Assembly: GCA_000503835.1 (NCBI GenBank)
Contig: CP006914.1
Span: 239,341-303,340, forward strand
Reading direction: 5' to 3'
From: a candidate division WWE3 bacterium RAAC2_WWE3_1
GTDB taxonomy: Bacteria > Patescibacteriota > WWE3 > UBA101185 > UBA10185
DNA: 64,000 bases
Under the pieces are notes generated by a model that was given only the letters and a program-made list of their open reading frames with translations, did not search any database and had not been told where the DNA came from. Position numbers and translations under genes: made by a program. Below, in pieces: positions 1-7,738 of this stretch; the stretch's first letter is position 1; the number at the start of each line of letters is the position of its first letter.

Positions 1-66
1 AACGTCGGCGTTGAGCCAAATTCAAAGGTACCCACTACGTTTCATTGTTACACATAAAATTCATTT

Positions 67-96
67 TTGCGGAGAGAATTACTAATTTAATATGAT
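67..96 (+). promoter_or_regulatory. Putative sigma70 promoter of the island (TTGCGG-18 nt-TATGAT)
   Basis: -35/-10-like hexamers immediately upstream of the first structured leader. Confidence 0.45.
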
Positions 97-109
97 AGTT
101 ATAGGTCTA

Positions 110-266
110 TTTGTCTACGACCTTTTGATGTTGTAGACGAAGGCACTTTAACAACACAACAAGAAAGAGATGTGTGTTTAATTGGGCGGCACTTCCTGGC
201 GTTTCTTAGAGGAACTTCAGGTGGTGCCTGCTCAATAAGGAGCACACAAACTAATAATGAAAGGAG
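110..266 (+). promoter_or_regulatory. Structured leader copy 1 (hairpin, boxA-like, long stem-loop, SD)
   Basis: Hairpin 110-141; GCACTTTAACAA 143-154; long stem 171-248 containing AATAAGG 234-240; GAAAGGAG 259-266. Confidence 0.65.
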
Positions 267-338
267 AAAATCATTGGAGAAAGAAATCTCTGTGCAGAGT
301 AAGTTGGATAATACTCAACCATTCAATAGGAGGATAAA

Positions 339-599
339 ATGTCTACGTTTGTAGCGAACGTCATCTTTATTGCCACCTTCGCATTCTCTGCTGCGCTGGT
401 ACTGTTTGGCCTGCTTATGGTAGTAGGCGTACTGCGCGGTCATGAAACTGCGGGGAAGGTTCTGACGACAATCGGTGCGGTTCTTTTAGCCGCGGCGATA
501 GTAATTTGGGCCTCCCGGGATTTTTCAGGTGACAAAATTTTGATCACCACCGTCGGCAATTGGATCGAAACGATCCTTACCGAACCATTGGGTCAGTAA
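339..599 (+). CDS. Small two-TM membrane protein (possibly VirB2/pilin-like)
   Basis: 86 aa, two hydrophobic helices, SD AGGAGG upstream, first gene of operon; family assignment is from context only. Confidence 0.7.
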   Translation: MSTFVANVIFIATFAFSAALVLFGLLMVVGVLRGHETAGKVLTTIGAVLLAAAIVIWASRDFSGDKILITTVGNWIETILTEPLGQ

Positions 600-600
600 A

Positions 601-2106
601 ATGACCGCCAAGCGTGCAGGGACATGGCTCATCGCACTGGTGGGCGGCCTGCTGCTAACCGGATGTGATGTTCCAACAAACATGGAGAGTCTTTTTGACT
701 GGAGGGATAAGTTTTTCCTTCAAGTAGAGATCTCCAATATCGAACAGCTCCTAGGTCCTGTGATAGCCTTGCTAACAGTTATGGCTACTGTTATCTCACT
801 TTGGGGTGCTATCTCAAACATGAATAACAGGAGACCAATCTCTAGTGGCTCATACCTGGTCGGGGTTTTTCTTCTCGTAACTGCAGGATTGATACTTAGA
901 TATATACCCATAGCAACAAGCTTTGGGAAAAGTATCTTTCCTCAGGACTTAACTTTGGATAAGGTTTTCAGTGCGTTGCGCTGGGAAATCTCGTCCGACC
1001 CTATTGAGCTGGTAACCGTGGCTTGGGGCGTATCGTTGACCTTAGTCCTACCGCTAATAAGTGCTTTCTGGGAAATAGTCATGCTGGTAGCTGCAGTAAT
1101 TGCTATAGCAATATCTATTGCCGGGAGGTCGCTTAAAGGAGTAATCTTCGCTGTCGTGCAAATTCTGGGTTGGGGTCTGTTTCTTGTGATGTATAACACC
1201 CTGGTGTCACTCATAGGAACCTATTACCCTTCCTGGGATTTGTCGTCTGTTGCTGTTCTGACCAGTGCTTTCTATATAGCGGCGACGTTGTTTTTACTGC
1301 TTGCCTGTTACATAGGATTGCCTTGGTTAGCCGTTTCTCTCGCTCCCTCACGTTCTTCGGAGGAAGTTGTAGAACGGGAAGAAAAACGGAGTTGGAAAAT
1401 AGATCTAAACGATATATTAAACTCTCCAATTCCTATTCCCATTCCTTACGAGCGTGATAATGAAGACAGCGAAGTCGGAAACGGCGGAGGCGGAGACGAT
1501 GACGAGATGCCCCCTTACTACACGTGGAGTCCCAGTGGACCCAACTCACCACGGAGTCCGGAAAATCCTATACCGGTGATAAATTTACCGGGTGGTTCTT
1601 CGGAAGAATCCTACTTCAGCGGCTCTGTAGCGGATAGTCCCGACTTACAAAATGCAGGTAACGACAATTCTGACTATGTGGTAAGTGTGAGGAATGAGAC
1701 AACAAAACACGCTCCACAGCCGGAAAAAGAACGACCTGCAAACCCATCCGTAAGAAACCCACTAAAATCCAACGAGGAAGACTTGTTGCCTGATGGAGAC
1801 ATCAGTTCCCGTAAGTCTGCCAGGAAAAGCTACGTCGAGAATTTAAACAAGACGGCAGAGATTCTTACAGTAGCGGGAACAGTAACAGGTCAACCGAAGC
1901 TGGTTTTAGGAGGTAGTGCGGTAAAGTTTGCCGGGCACATCGCAGAACAGCTTTCCGCACCGGGTGCCCATCCTAAAGAAGTACTTTCACGGGAAGCGAA
2001 AGGGTTGGCTGAGAGAACTGTCGAATCACTTTTTCCCGGCATTTCCGGTGCAGACTTACTGCCGGATTTAGGGAAGAAGGGAGGTGAGGATGAACAAGCT
2101 CCCTAA
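601..2106 (+). CDS. Polytopic membrane protein with lipobox-like N-terminus and disordered Pro/acidic C-terminus (VirB6-like by topology)
   Basis: 501 aa; LLLTGC lipobox-like motif; about 6 hydrophobic segments in the first 250 aa; low-complexity tail. Confidence 0.75.
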   Translation: MTAKRAGTWLIALVGGLLLTGCDVPTNMESLFDWRDKFFLQVEISNIEQLLGPVIALLTVMATVISLWGAISNMNNRRPISSGSYLVGVFLLVTAGLILRYIPIATSFGKSIFPQDLTLDKVFSALRWEISSDPIELVTVAWGVSLTLVLPLISAFWEIVMLVAAVIAIAISIAGRSLKGVIFAVVQILGWGLFLVMYNTLVSLIGTYYPSWDLSSVAVLTSAFYIAATLFLLLACYIGLPWLAVSLAPSRSSEEVVEREEKRSWKIDLNDILNSPIPIPIPYERDNEDSEVGNGGGGDDDEMPPYYTWSPSGPNSPRSPENPIPVINLPGGSSEESYFSGSVADSPDLQNAGNDNSDYVVSVRNETTKHAPQPEKERPANPSVRNPLKSNEEDLLPDGDISSRKSARKSYVENLNKTAEILTVAGTVTGQPKLVLGGSAVKFAGHIAEQLSAPGAHPKEVLSREAKGLAERTVESLFPGISGADLLPDLGKKGGEDEQAP

Positions 2107-2419
2107 GGTTGATGCGGTAAAAGAGTGGAAATATCGTTTACTCGACAATTCCGCTCAATTCGGATTTGGGGACATAGCTGTTAAACCTATTTGGGGTGTG
2201 GTGTTGGTTCTCCTGATGTTTCTGGCTGTTCTGTACACAATTCTTCCGTCTTTTGTGGTTGGCGTTCTGGCGATTACGGCGGCTCTATCGGTGTTTGCGC
2301 TGATAAAGAAAGTCCGGCGGAATTACAAATACCATAAGCTTCACGTGAAGCCTGCGAGGAAGAATGAGGAACGCGTTATAGAAACCACTCTTGCGGATCG
2401 CCCTTACTCCAAAAAGTGA
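2090..2419 (+). CDS. Small two-TM protein (PrgI/VirB3-like by position and topology)
   Basis: ATG at 2090 after GGAGGTG SD; central hydrophobic hairpin with basic tail; lies before the ATPase. Confidence 0.65.
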   Translation: MNKLPKVDAVKEWKYRLLDNSAQFGFGDIAVKPIWGVVLVLLMFLAVLYTILPSFVVGVLAITAALSVFALIKKVRRNYKYHKLHVKPARKNEERVIETTLADRPYSKK

Positions 2420-2600
2420 GTATGCATTTCGGAGAGTACCCCGAAAAGTGACCAAACCGAGAGGATAGGGAGTCCCCCTGTCTCTATCCTCTCACCCTTT
2501 TAAGTAAAACCACAACTTGAGAGGGAATTCTCTTTCTTGTTGTGGCTCTTTTTAAACAGCTGACTAAACGGCTGCTTGAAAAGGGTAGAGAGTAAGTTAG

Positions 2601-2776
2601 GTCTCTGATTTTACAGAGACGCACTTTGACAAACACAGCATGAAAGTTTACTAAGACAATTTATGGATCATGCAGTGGCGCGGGTACCGGCAAGAGATTG
2701 TCCGTGATCTTTTTCCGGTGCTCACGCCAATAAAGGCATGAAACCTAATCAACCAAACACCTATATACGAAAGGAG
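2601..2776 (+). promoter_or_regulatory. Structured leader copy 2
   Basis: Hairpin GTCTCTG/CAGAGAC 2601-2620; GCACTTTGACAA 2621-2632; long stem 2668-2741 with AATAAAGG 2729-2736; GAAAGGAG 2769-2776. Confidence 0.7.
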
Positions 2777-2781
2777 AACAC

Positions 2782-4719
2782 ATGGTTTTTTGGAGACGAC
2801 TCAAAACGCCGGTAAAAGAGCAACTTTTATTGCCGGCAAGTATACGTAAGGACCATGAAGCGTTTGAGCGTGAAAAACTCACCGCTCAGGCACTTTTGGG
2901 AATCAAGGTACGCCCCGGGGAACACTCAGAAGCTGTTATTACAAGTTACACCAGGGATACGATTAAACGGTCGGTGGCTTACCACAGGTCATCAAATTTT
3001 TATGATGATTCTGTTTTGGAACTCCGCCGGGCATTTGATTATTCCAACGATTTTACGTTTCTTGTAAGGGCGGTCCGTGAAGACCCGCAGGCTTATCTTA
3101 ATCACCTGGAGCAGGAAAAATCCATTTCTAATGAGCACCGCACCCTGTTTCTCGACGAAGTTCAGGAATGGGCCTTGCCCCGTAAGTTACGGCAGTTGTC
3201 AGGCCACGACTTACTTATATGGGGACCTGAGGAACAAGTTGTTCCGGCCGCCCACGAAGAATCTTTAGCTCTCCACGGGAAGATAGTAGGGTATCGTCAG
3301 TACGGACCTGTACTAAGGTCGGTAATTGACGGCGTAGCGATGGATATGTCCAATACTCCTGAGGATCCTTTCACGGGATCGATGGACCCTGTATGGTACG
3401 CCGCCCCGCTAAATGTTATATGGCACTACCGCTACTATGAACTACCGCACATCGACAAATCTTTCGCGTTCTTCTCAGGAGTTTTTAAGAAACCCGAGGA
3501 GATATCTCAGGCGTTAGAACTTGGAGACTTGTTAATCCGGGCTGAAAATGTCGGACGAGTGATGTATTTCACGGCGGTACTTCGCGTCGAGGTAAGCACG
3601 AACGGAAAGGCTCCGGATTTCTCTACACCGGCGAAGATATTATCTAAGCTGGGAAAATGGGAACTCAGAACCGGAAACGATATCCGCACGGCGTTTTTAG
3701 CTTTCATACCGGGTAGTGCGGTACTACAGGAATGGCATCGGCATTCCATTTCTTCCAAAGTTGATCAAACTTTGCAGAGTTTTACAAGATCTCTGCGAAC
3801 AACAGGCGACAGAAATGGAAACTACATCGTCGGTATAAACAACGGTCAGCCACTCCTGCTGGATTACCGGGTACGGCCCTCCATACTTTATGTGGGACCA
3901 AGCAAAACCGGTAAGACGACCAAGGCTCTCGAAGAAGCTCTTGAGACCACAAAAAACGTGGTCTGGCTGCCTTTAACCGCAGGTGAATTTGAAGCGGCTC
4001 CCAAAGTATTTGAACTTTTCGGCGGGAAAGTTATTCCCCTGAATTTACCCGATGCTTACTCGCTTAACGAGGGAAAGAACGGGAGATTCCGCCGGGAAGC
4101 AAATATCGAAGAGCAGGAAAAGCTTCACACTGAAGACAGGGAGCTCGCTCAAAAGATTGTTCTTGAGTTGGAGGCAAGTTGGGAAATGAAAGGTAGGGTA
4201 GTCGGATTACCACTGACTTTTAAGATTGAGTCAGGCGATACTATCCGTCTGTACAGTTTCTACGATCATTTTCTAAAGGCATTTCGGGATCTCTGGAAGC
4301 GCCGGTACGAAAAGACAGGCGAGTGGGCTGTTGTAGTGGCTGATAACTTCAGCGCTCTACGACTATCCGAAGACGATCCGATTTTGGGAAGTATTCCCGA
4401 AGCAACCGGCCGCAATCTGGGCATTTTGCTCGCATGGATGGTCAGCAACGGAAGAAATGTGGGAATCTTAACCCGCATTTTGACCCACTCAAAGGACGAT
4501 TTGGACTACATTACAACGGGTCTTTTTCGTCAGTTCGGACTCGTCCTGCAGTTCGAGCACAACGAGTATTCCTGGGTGAAGGTTTTCCAAAACGGTGAAG
4601 TTTATGCAGACCGTGTGGAAGTTACACTGCCCAAGTCTATTCTTTCGCTCGTAGGCAGACGGGAGCCCGGACAAGGAGAAGATGAGTGGATACAAGAAGT
4701 TTCTTCCGCTCGCTCCTAG
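2782..4719 (+). CDS. P-loop ATPase, VirB4/HerA-FtsK-like, divergent
   Basis: Walker A GPSKTGKT preceded by YIVGINNGQPLLLD; Walker B-like VVVADN; GRNVGILTRILTH resembles the HerA/VirB4 GRK.G....TQ motif. Confidence 0.7.
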   Translation: MVFWRRLKTPVKEQLLLPASIRKDHEAFEREKLTAQALLGIKVRPGEHSEAVITSYTRDTIKRSVAYHRSSNFYDDSVLELRRAFDYSNDFTFLVRAVREDPQAYLNHLEQEKSISNEHRTLFLDEVQEWALPRKLRQLSGHDLLIWGPEEQVVPAAHEESLALHGKIVGYRQYGPVLRSVIDGVAMDMSNTPEDPFTGSMDPVWYAAPLNVIWHYRYYELPHIDKSFAFFSGVFKKPEEISQALELGDLLIRAENVGRVMYFTAVLRVEVSTNGKAPDFSTPAKILSKLGKWELRTGNDIRTAFLAFIPGSAVLQEWHRHSISSKVDQTLQSFTRSLRTTGDRNGNYIVGINNGQPLLLDYRVRPSILYVGPSKTGKTTKALEEALETTKNVVWLPLTAGEFEAAPKVFELFGGKVIPLNLPDAYSLNEGKNGRFRREANIEEQEKLHTEDRELAQKIVLELEASWEMKGRVVGLPLTFKIESGDTIRLYSFYDHFLKAFRDLWKRRYEKTGEWAVVVADNFSALRLSEDDPILGSIPEATGRNLGILLAWMVSNGRNVGILTRILTHSKDDLDYITTGLFRQFGLVLQFEHNEYSWVKVFQNGEVYADRVEVTLPKSILSLVGRREPGQGEDEWIQEVSSARS

Positions 4720-6077
4720 CGTTTTTTATTTTCCCCGGAATTCCGTTGTTGATACTCGCGCTTTTGGCGTCGATGTTTTTAACATTCGGGATTATGCACG
4801 ACGCAGACCCAAAGGCTTACAATGATTACATCAAAGAAGCCTTGGGTCTGTCCGGGGGAACGTGGTACTCACTCCCCGCCGATGCCGAAGAGAAAATTAT
4901 CTCATTAGGCTTTGATCCTGCTGTTGTTGCCGATGAAATAATGGCGAACAAATGGATTAATGAGAACGGCGGTGAGATTGACCTTGGCATTCAACTATCC
5001 ATACTGGAGGGCGAGTCTAAAGGAGGTACAAATTTAGGTACCTGCAGTGGAATAGCCTCTTCAGCCAAACTGTCCCATCAGGAAGTTGTTTCCGCCCTGT
5101 GGCTTTTAAACTACTGGAAGGAACACGATGTGAGAGATTGGTCAGATATTGCCAAAGAAATGATCCGGCCGGACTATAGCGACTACACAGCACATTGTTC
5201 GGCCGGAGAAATTGGACCCAACGGAATACTTCCTTCCACCGGGGTAAAGATATGCAGGGACGGACTTTCAATGCATCCCGACGACCTGGTGAAATCCTGC
5301 AACTTTTTTGACAAGCGGGTAGCACCGTACGGAAAAAACTGGTGGTTAAAAGCTATCGGATACAGGTCGGGGCAGACAAAAGCCGAAAAGATTGACTCAC
5401 TGTATGGTTGGAACCATGACAGCACTTACCGCAATCAGCTTGTAGATAGGGCCGATGTTTTAAATGCTGCGGCGTTCGGTTGGAGCGACTACGCACCCGT
5501 TTCTGAGAATGCCTACGTTTTCAAAGGAGGGTGGTGGCGTAGTCAGGCAATTAAGGTTTTGAAAACGACAGGTTTGCTTGAAGGTATAGTGTTTGCCGCA
5601 GGTCCGGACTATCCGCCATGGGAACCACCACAAGTTGCAGGGAGCTTTTCCAACCCCTATCCGGACAGCGTAATATGCGGGTATGAATACGGAAAACCTG
5701 TTGCCAACGGAATTCATTGGGGAATAGATCTTTGCATAGGCGACCCGTTGAGATCCTCTCCGATATACGCCATGCATTCCGGTACCGTAACGTTTTCCAG
5801 ATATCTGTCTCCCAGCGAAACGTTAGCAGGTCAATGGTGGGTTTCAGGAAACGTCATCGCCGTAGAAGGAAAAGACGATGAAGGAAAAACTATCTGGACA
5901 GCTTACGGCCACGGTGCCAACGGTACCACTAAAGTTAAGGAAGGAGATGTTGTAAAGGAAGGTCAGTTGCTCATGATGTCTGGAACAACCGGCTTTTCTA
6001 CAGGAATTCACCTGCACCTTGCTATGAAAATTAATGGCGGGTGGGTGAATCCTTCGGCTTATCTAGGGGGCGATTGA
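4686..6077 (+). CDS. Membrane-anchored peptidoglycan hydrolase: lytic transglycosylase-like domain plus M23 peptidase
   Basis: N-terminal TM; ILEGES..G.NLG and GEIGPNGILPST lysozyme-like motifs; M23 motifs HWGID, YGH, STGIHLH. Confidence 0.85.
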   Translation: MDTRSFFRSLLAFFIFPGIPLLILALLASMFLTFGIMHDADPKAYNDYIKEALGLSGGTWYSLPADAEEKIISLGFDPAVVADEIMANKWINENGGEIDLGIQLSILEGESKGGTNLGTCSGIASSAKLSHQEVVSALWLLNYWKEHDVRDWSDIAKEMIRPDYSDYTAHCSAGEIGPNGILPSTGVKICRDGLSMHPDDLVKSCNFFDKRVAPYGKNWWLKAIGYRSGQTKAEKIDSLYGWNHDSTYRNQLVDRADVLNAAAFGWSDYAPVSENAYVFKGGWWRSQAIKVLKTTGLLEGIVFAAGPDYPPWEPPQVAGSFSNPYPDSVICGYEYGKPVANGIHWGIDLCIGDPLRSSPIYAMHSGTVTFSRYLSPSETLAGQWWVSGNVIAVEGKDDEGKTIWTAYGHGANGTTKVKEGDVVKEGQLLMMSGTTGFSTGIHLHLAMKINGGWVNPSAYLGGD

Positions 6078-6171
6078 TCGGAGGATTTTTCTCTCTCATT
6101 CGCCCCGTTTCCGCTCAGGAAAAACTTTCTTGCTGTGTTAGAACATGAGCATTTAAATGTAAATTTGAATG

Positions 6172-6351
6172 TTGATGTTTCGGTTTAGCTTTTAAAGTCA
6201 AACCGTTTATCAAAGCACTTTAAAAATATAGATAAGCTAACGTTTATTATGTAAGGCGGGCGCCGGTAAGATTTTCACTTGATATAATTGGAAGTCTTCC
6301 CGGCGTGATAGCCTTAATAAGAGGCGTTAAAAATCAGACTATCGGAAGGAG
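6172..6351 (+). promoter_or_regulatory. Structured leader copy 3
   Basis: Hairpin 6172-6213; GCACTTTAAAAA 6215-6226; long stem 6238-6329 with AATAAGAGG 6316-6324; GGAAGGAG 6344-6351. Confidence 0.7.
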
Positions 6352-6358
6352 AAAAGCA

Positions 6359-7576
6359 ATGAGTTCAGGTAAAGCGTTGACGGCCTTGGGCCTACTAATT
6401 TTCACACTTTGTGCGGTTGTAGGATTCCTCGCCTTTGCGTTAAATACTTTAAGTGTAGGTTCTGATCTTTTTTCAGGGATAGTTTTACCGCAATTGGAAA
6501 CAGTAGTATTATATGCAGTTTCCTTTACACTTGCGGTAATTCTTAGCCAGGTTTTTTCAATCCGGTTTGTTAAAGTTTCACAAAACTTTGTATTCAAGAT
6601 TTTTGACCGGCAGTGGCTCCCCAAAGAAGGTAAGGCCGAAACTTATACAACTGAATACGGCGAAAGGTTGGAAAAGGTTGTGTCGCAAAGCTATACAGGA
6701 ACAGTTGTATGGGAATTGGTTACGCAAACAATCCCCACAGTTTTTCTGTTAAGTTTCGTATTCGGTGTTCTTGCTGTGATTGTTGCCTTCGCCGTAAATC
6801 TGTCGCTTCCGCTAGTCGGATTAGGAACAGTATTTATGGTCAACGTTGTTTTGTTTTCATGGGAATACTGGGTAAAACAATGGAGAAGGAAATACAGCAA
6901 ACTGATAATTTTCACTTCACAGGTTGGGTATTTGAGGGTGAGAACACCACTTCTTTCCCTTCTTTTCGGCATCGGAAATTTACCGAGAGTATCCTGGACA
7001 CCCGTGAGTGAAATAAACGATGACCAGATCGCCGCGGATCCCCAGGATTTCGATCCAAAATACAAAACGTCTTGGCTGCGCGATCAGTATACGTCGTTCT
7101 TGTCCAAAAAAAATAACATAAGAACGATATTTCTTAGATCGAAGTCTAACGAAGCGGAAGATACTGTGCTGTGGATCGATCACGGACCAGGTATCGAAAA
7201 GATACTAAAAAGTCTAAAGAGAAGGTCTACACAGCTGTTGACGGAGCAGAGTTACATAGATCGGGCTGCCCTTCGTATGCGCCTAGGAGGCACCGCTGAA
7301 GAGGACTGGAGTCGTATTCGTGCTGACGAAGAGGCAAGACTTTTTCAGGAACGTTTCAGGGAAATTAGCATTGCTCCAAAAACCCACGATCTGTATAGGA
7401 TTGAAGATCCGGGGTTATACGACAACGACGGCAACCTGATTGAGAAAACGTCTGTCGAGGCTAACGCAGGGAGAGGCGATTATGATGTTTCGCATTTTTT
7501 CTCCTCCCCTAGCCGTCGGCTAAATGATTACGATGCTACAGAGGAGCAGAATCCTGATCAGGATAAAATTCCGTAG
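6359..7576 (+). CDS. Four-TM membrane protein with soluble C-terminal domain, function unknown
   Basis: ATG 6359 follows the SD (the ORF-track start 6305 lies inside the leader stem); four hydrophobic segments. Confidence 0.75.
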   Translation: MSSGKALTALGLLIFTLCAVVGFLAFALNTLSVGSDLFSGIVLPQLETVVLYAVSFTLAVILSQVFSIRFVKVSQNFVFKIFDRQWLPKEGKAETYTTEYGERLEKVVSQSYTGTVVWELVTQTIPTVFLLSFVFGVLAVIVAFAVNLSLPLVGLGTVFMVNVVLFSWEYWVKQWRRKYSKLIIFTSQVGYLRVRTPLLSLLFGIGNLPRVSWTPVSEINDDQIAADPQDFDPKYKTSWLRDQYTSFLSKKNNIRTIFLRSKSNEAEDTVLWIDHGPGIEKILKSLKRRSTQLLTEQSYIDRAALRMRLGGTAEEDWSRIRADEEARLFQERFREISIAPKTHDLYRIEDPGLYDNDGNLIEKTSVEANAGRGDYDVSHFFSSPSRRLNDYDATEEQNPDQDKIP

Positions 7577-7589
7577 TTCCCGTAATATG

Positions 7590-7732
7590 GGAAAAGGATG
7601 AGAACAATGTTTTCATCCTTTTCCTTACTTTAAAAATTAAGAGTAGGTCGAAATTCGGACTTAATTTGGATATTGAGATCGTATTTGGGCCTATCCTAAT
7701 AAGGGATGGTAAATCAACTAAGAGAAAGGAAG
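7590..7732 (+). promoter_or_regulatory. Structured leader copy 4 (more degenerate)
   Basis: Near-perfect hairpin 7590-7624; TTACTTTAAAAA 7625-7636; stem TAGGTC/GGCCTA 7644-7693; AATAAGGG 7698-7705; GAAAGGAAG 7724-7732. Confidence 0.55.
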
Positions 7733-7738
7733 AGAAAT

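Noticed and set aside
172-273. 5' part of ORF 172-354 as protein coding
   Set aside because: It lies within the long leader stem and has no SD; only the TTG274 portion has an SD.
110-7732. Leaders as T-boxes or known metabolite riboswitches
   Set aside because: No T-box AAGGTGGTACC-type motif and no recognisable aptamer consensus by eye; an Rfam search is still needed.
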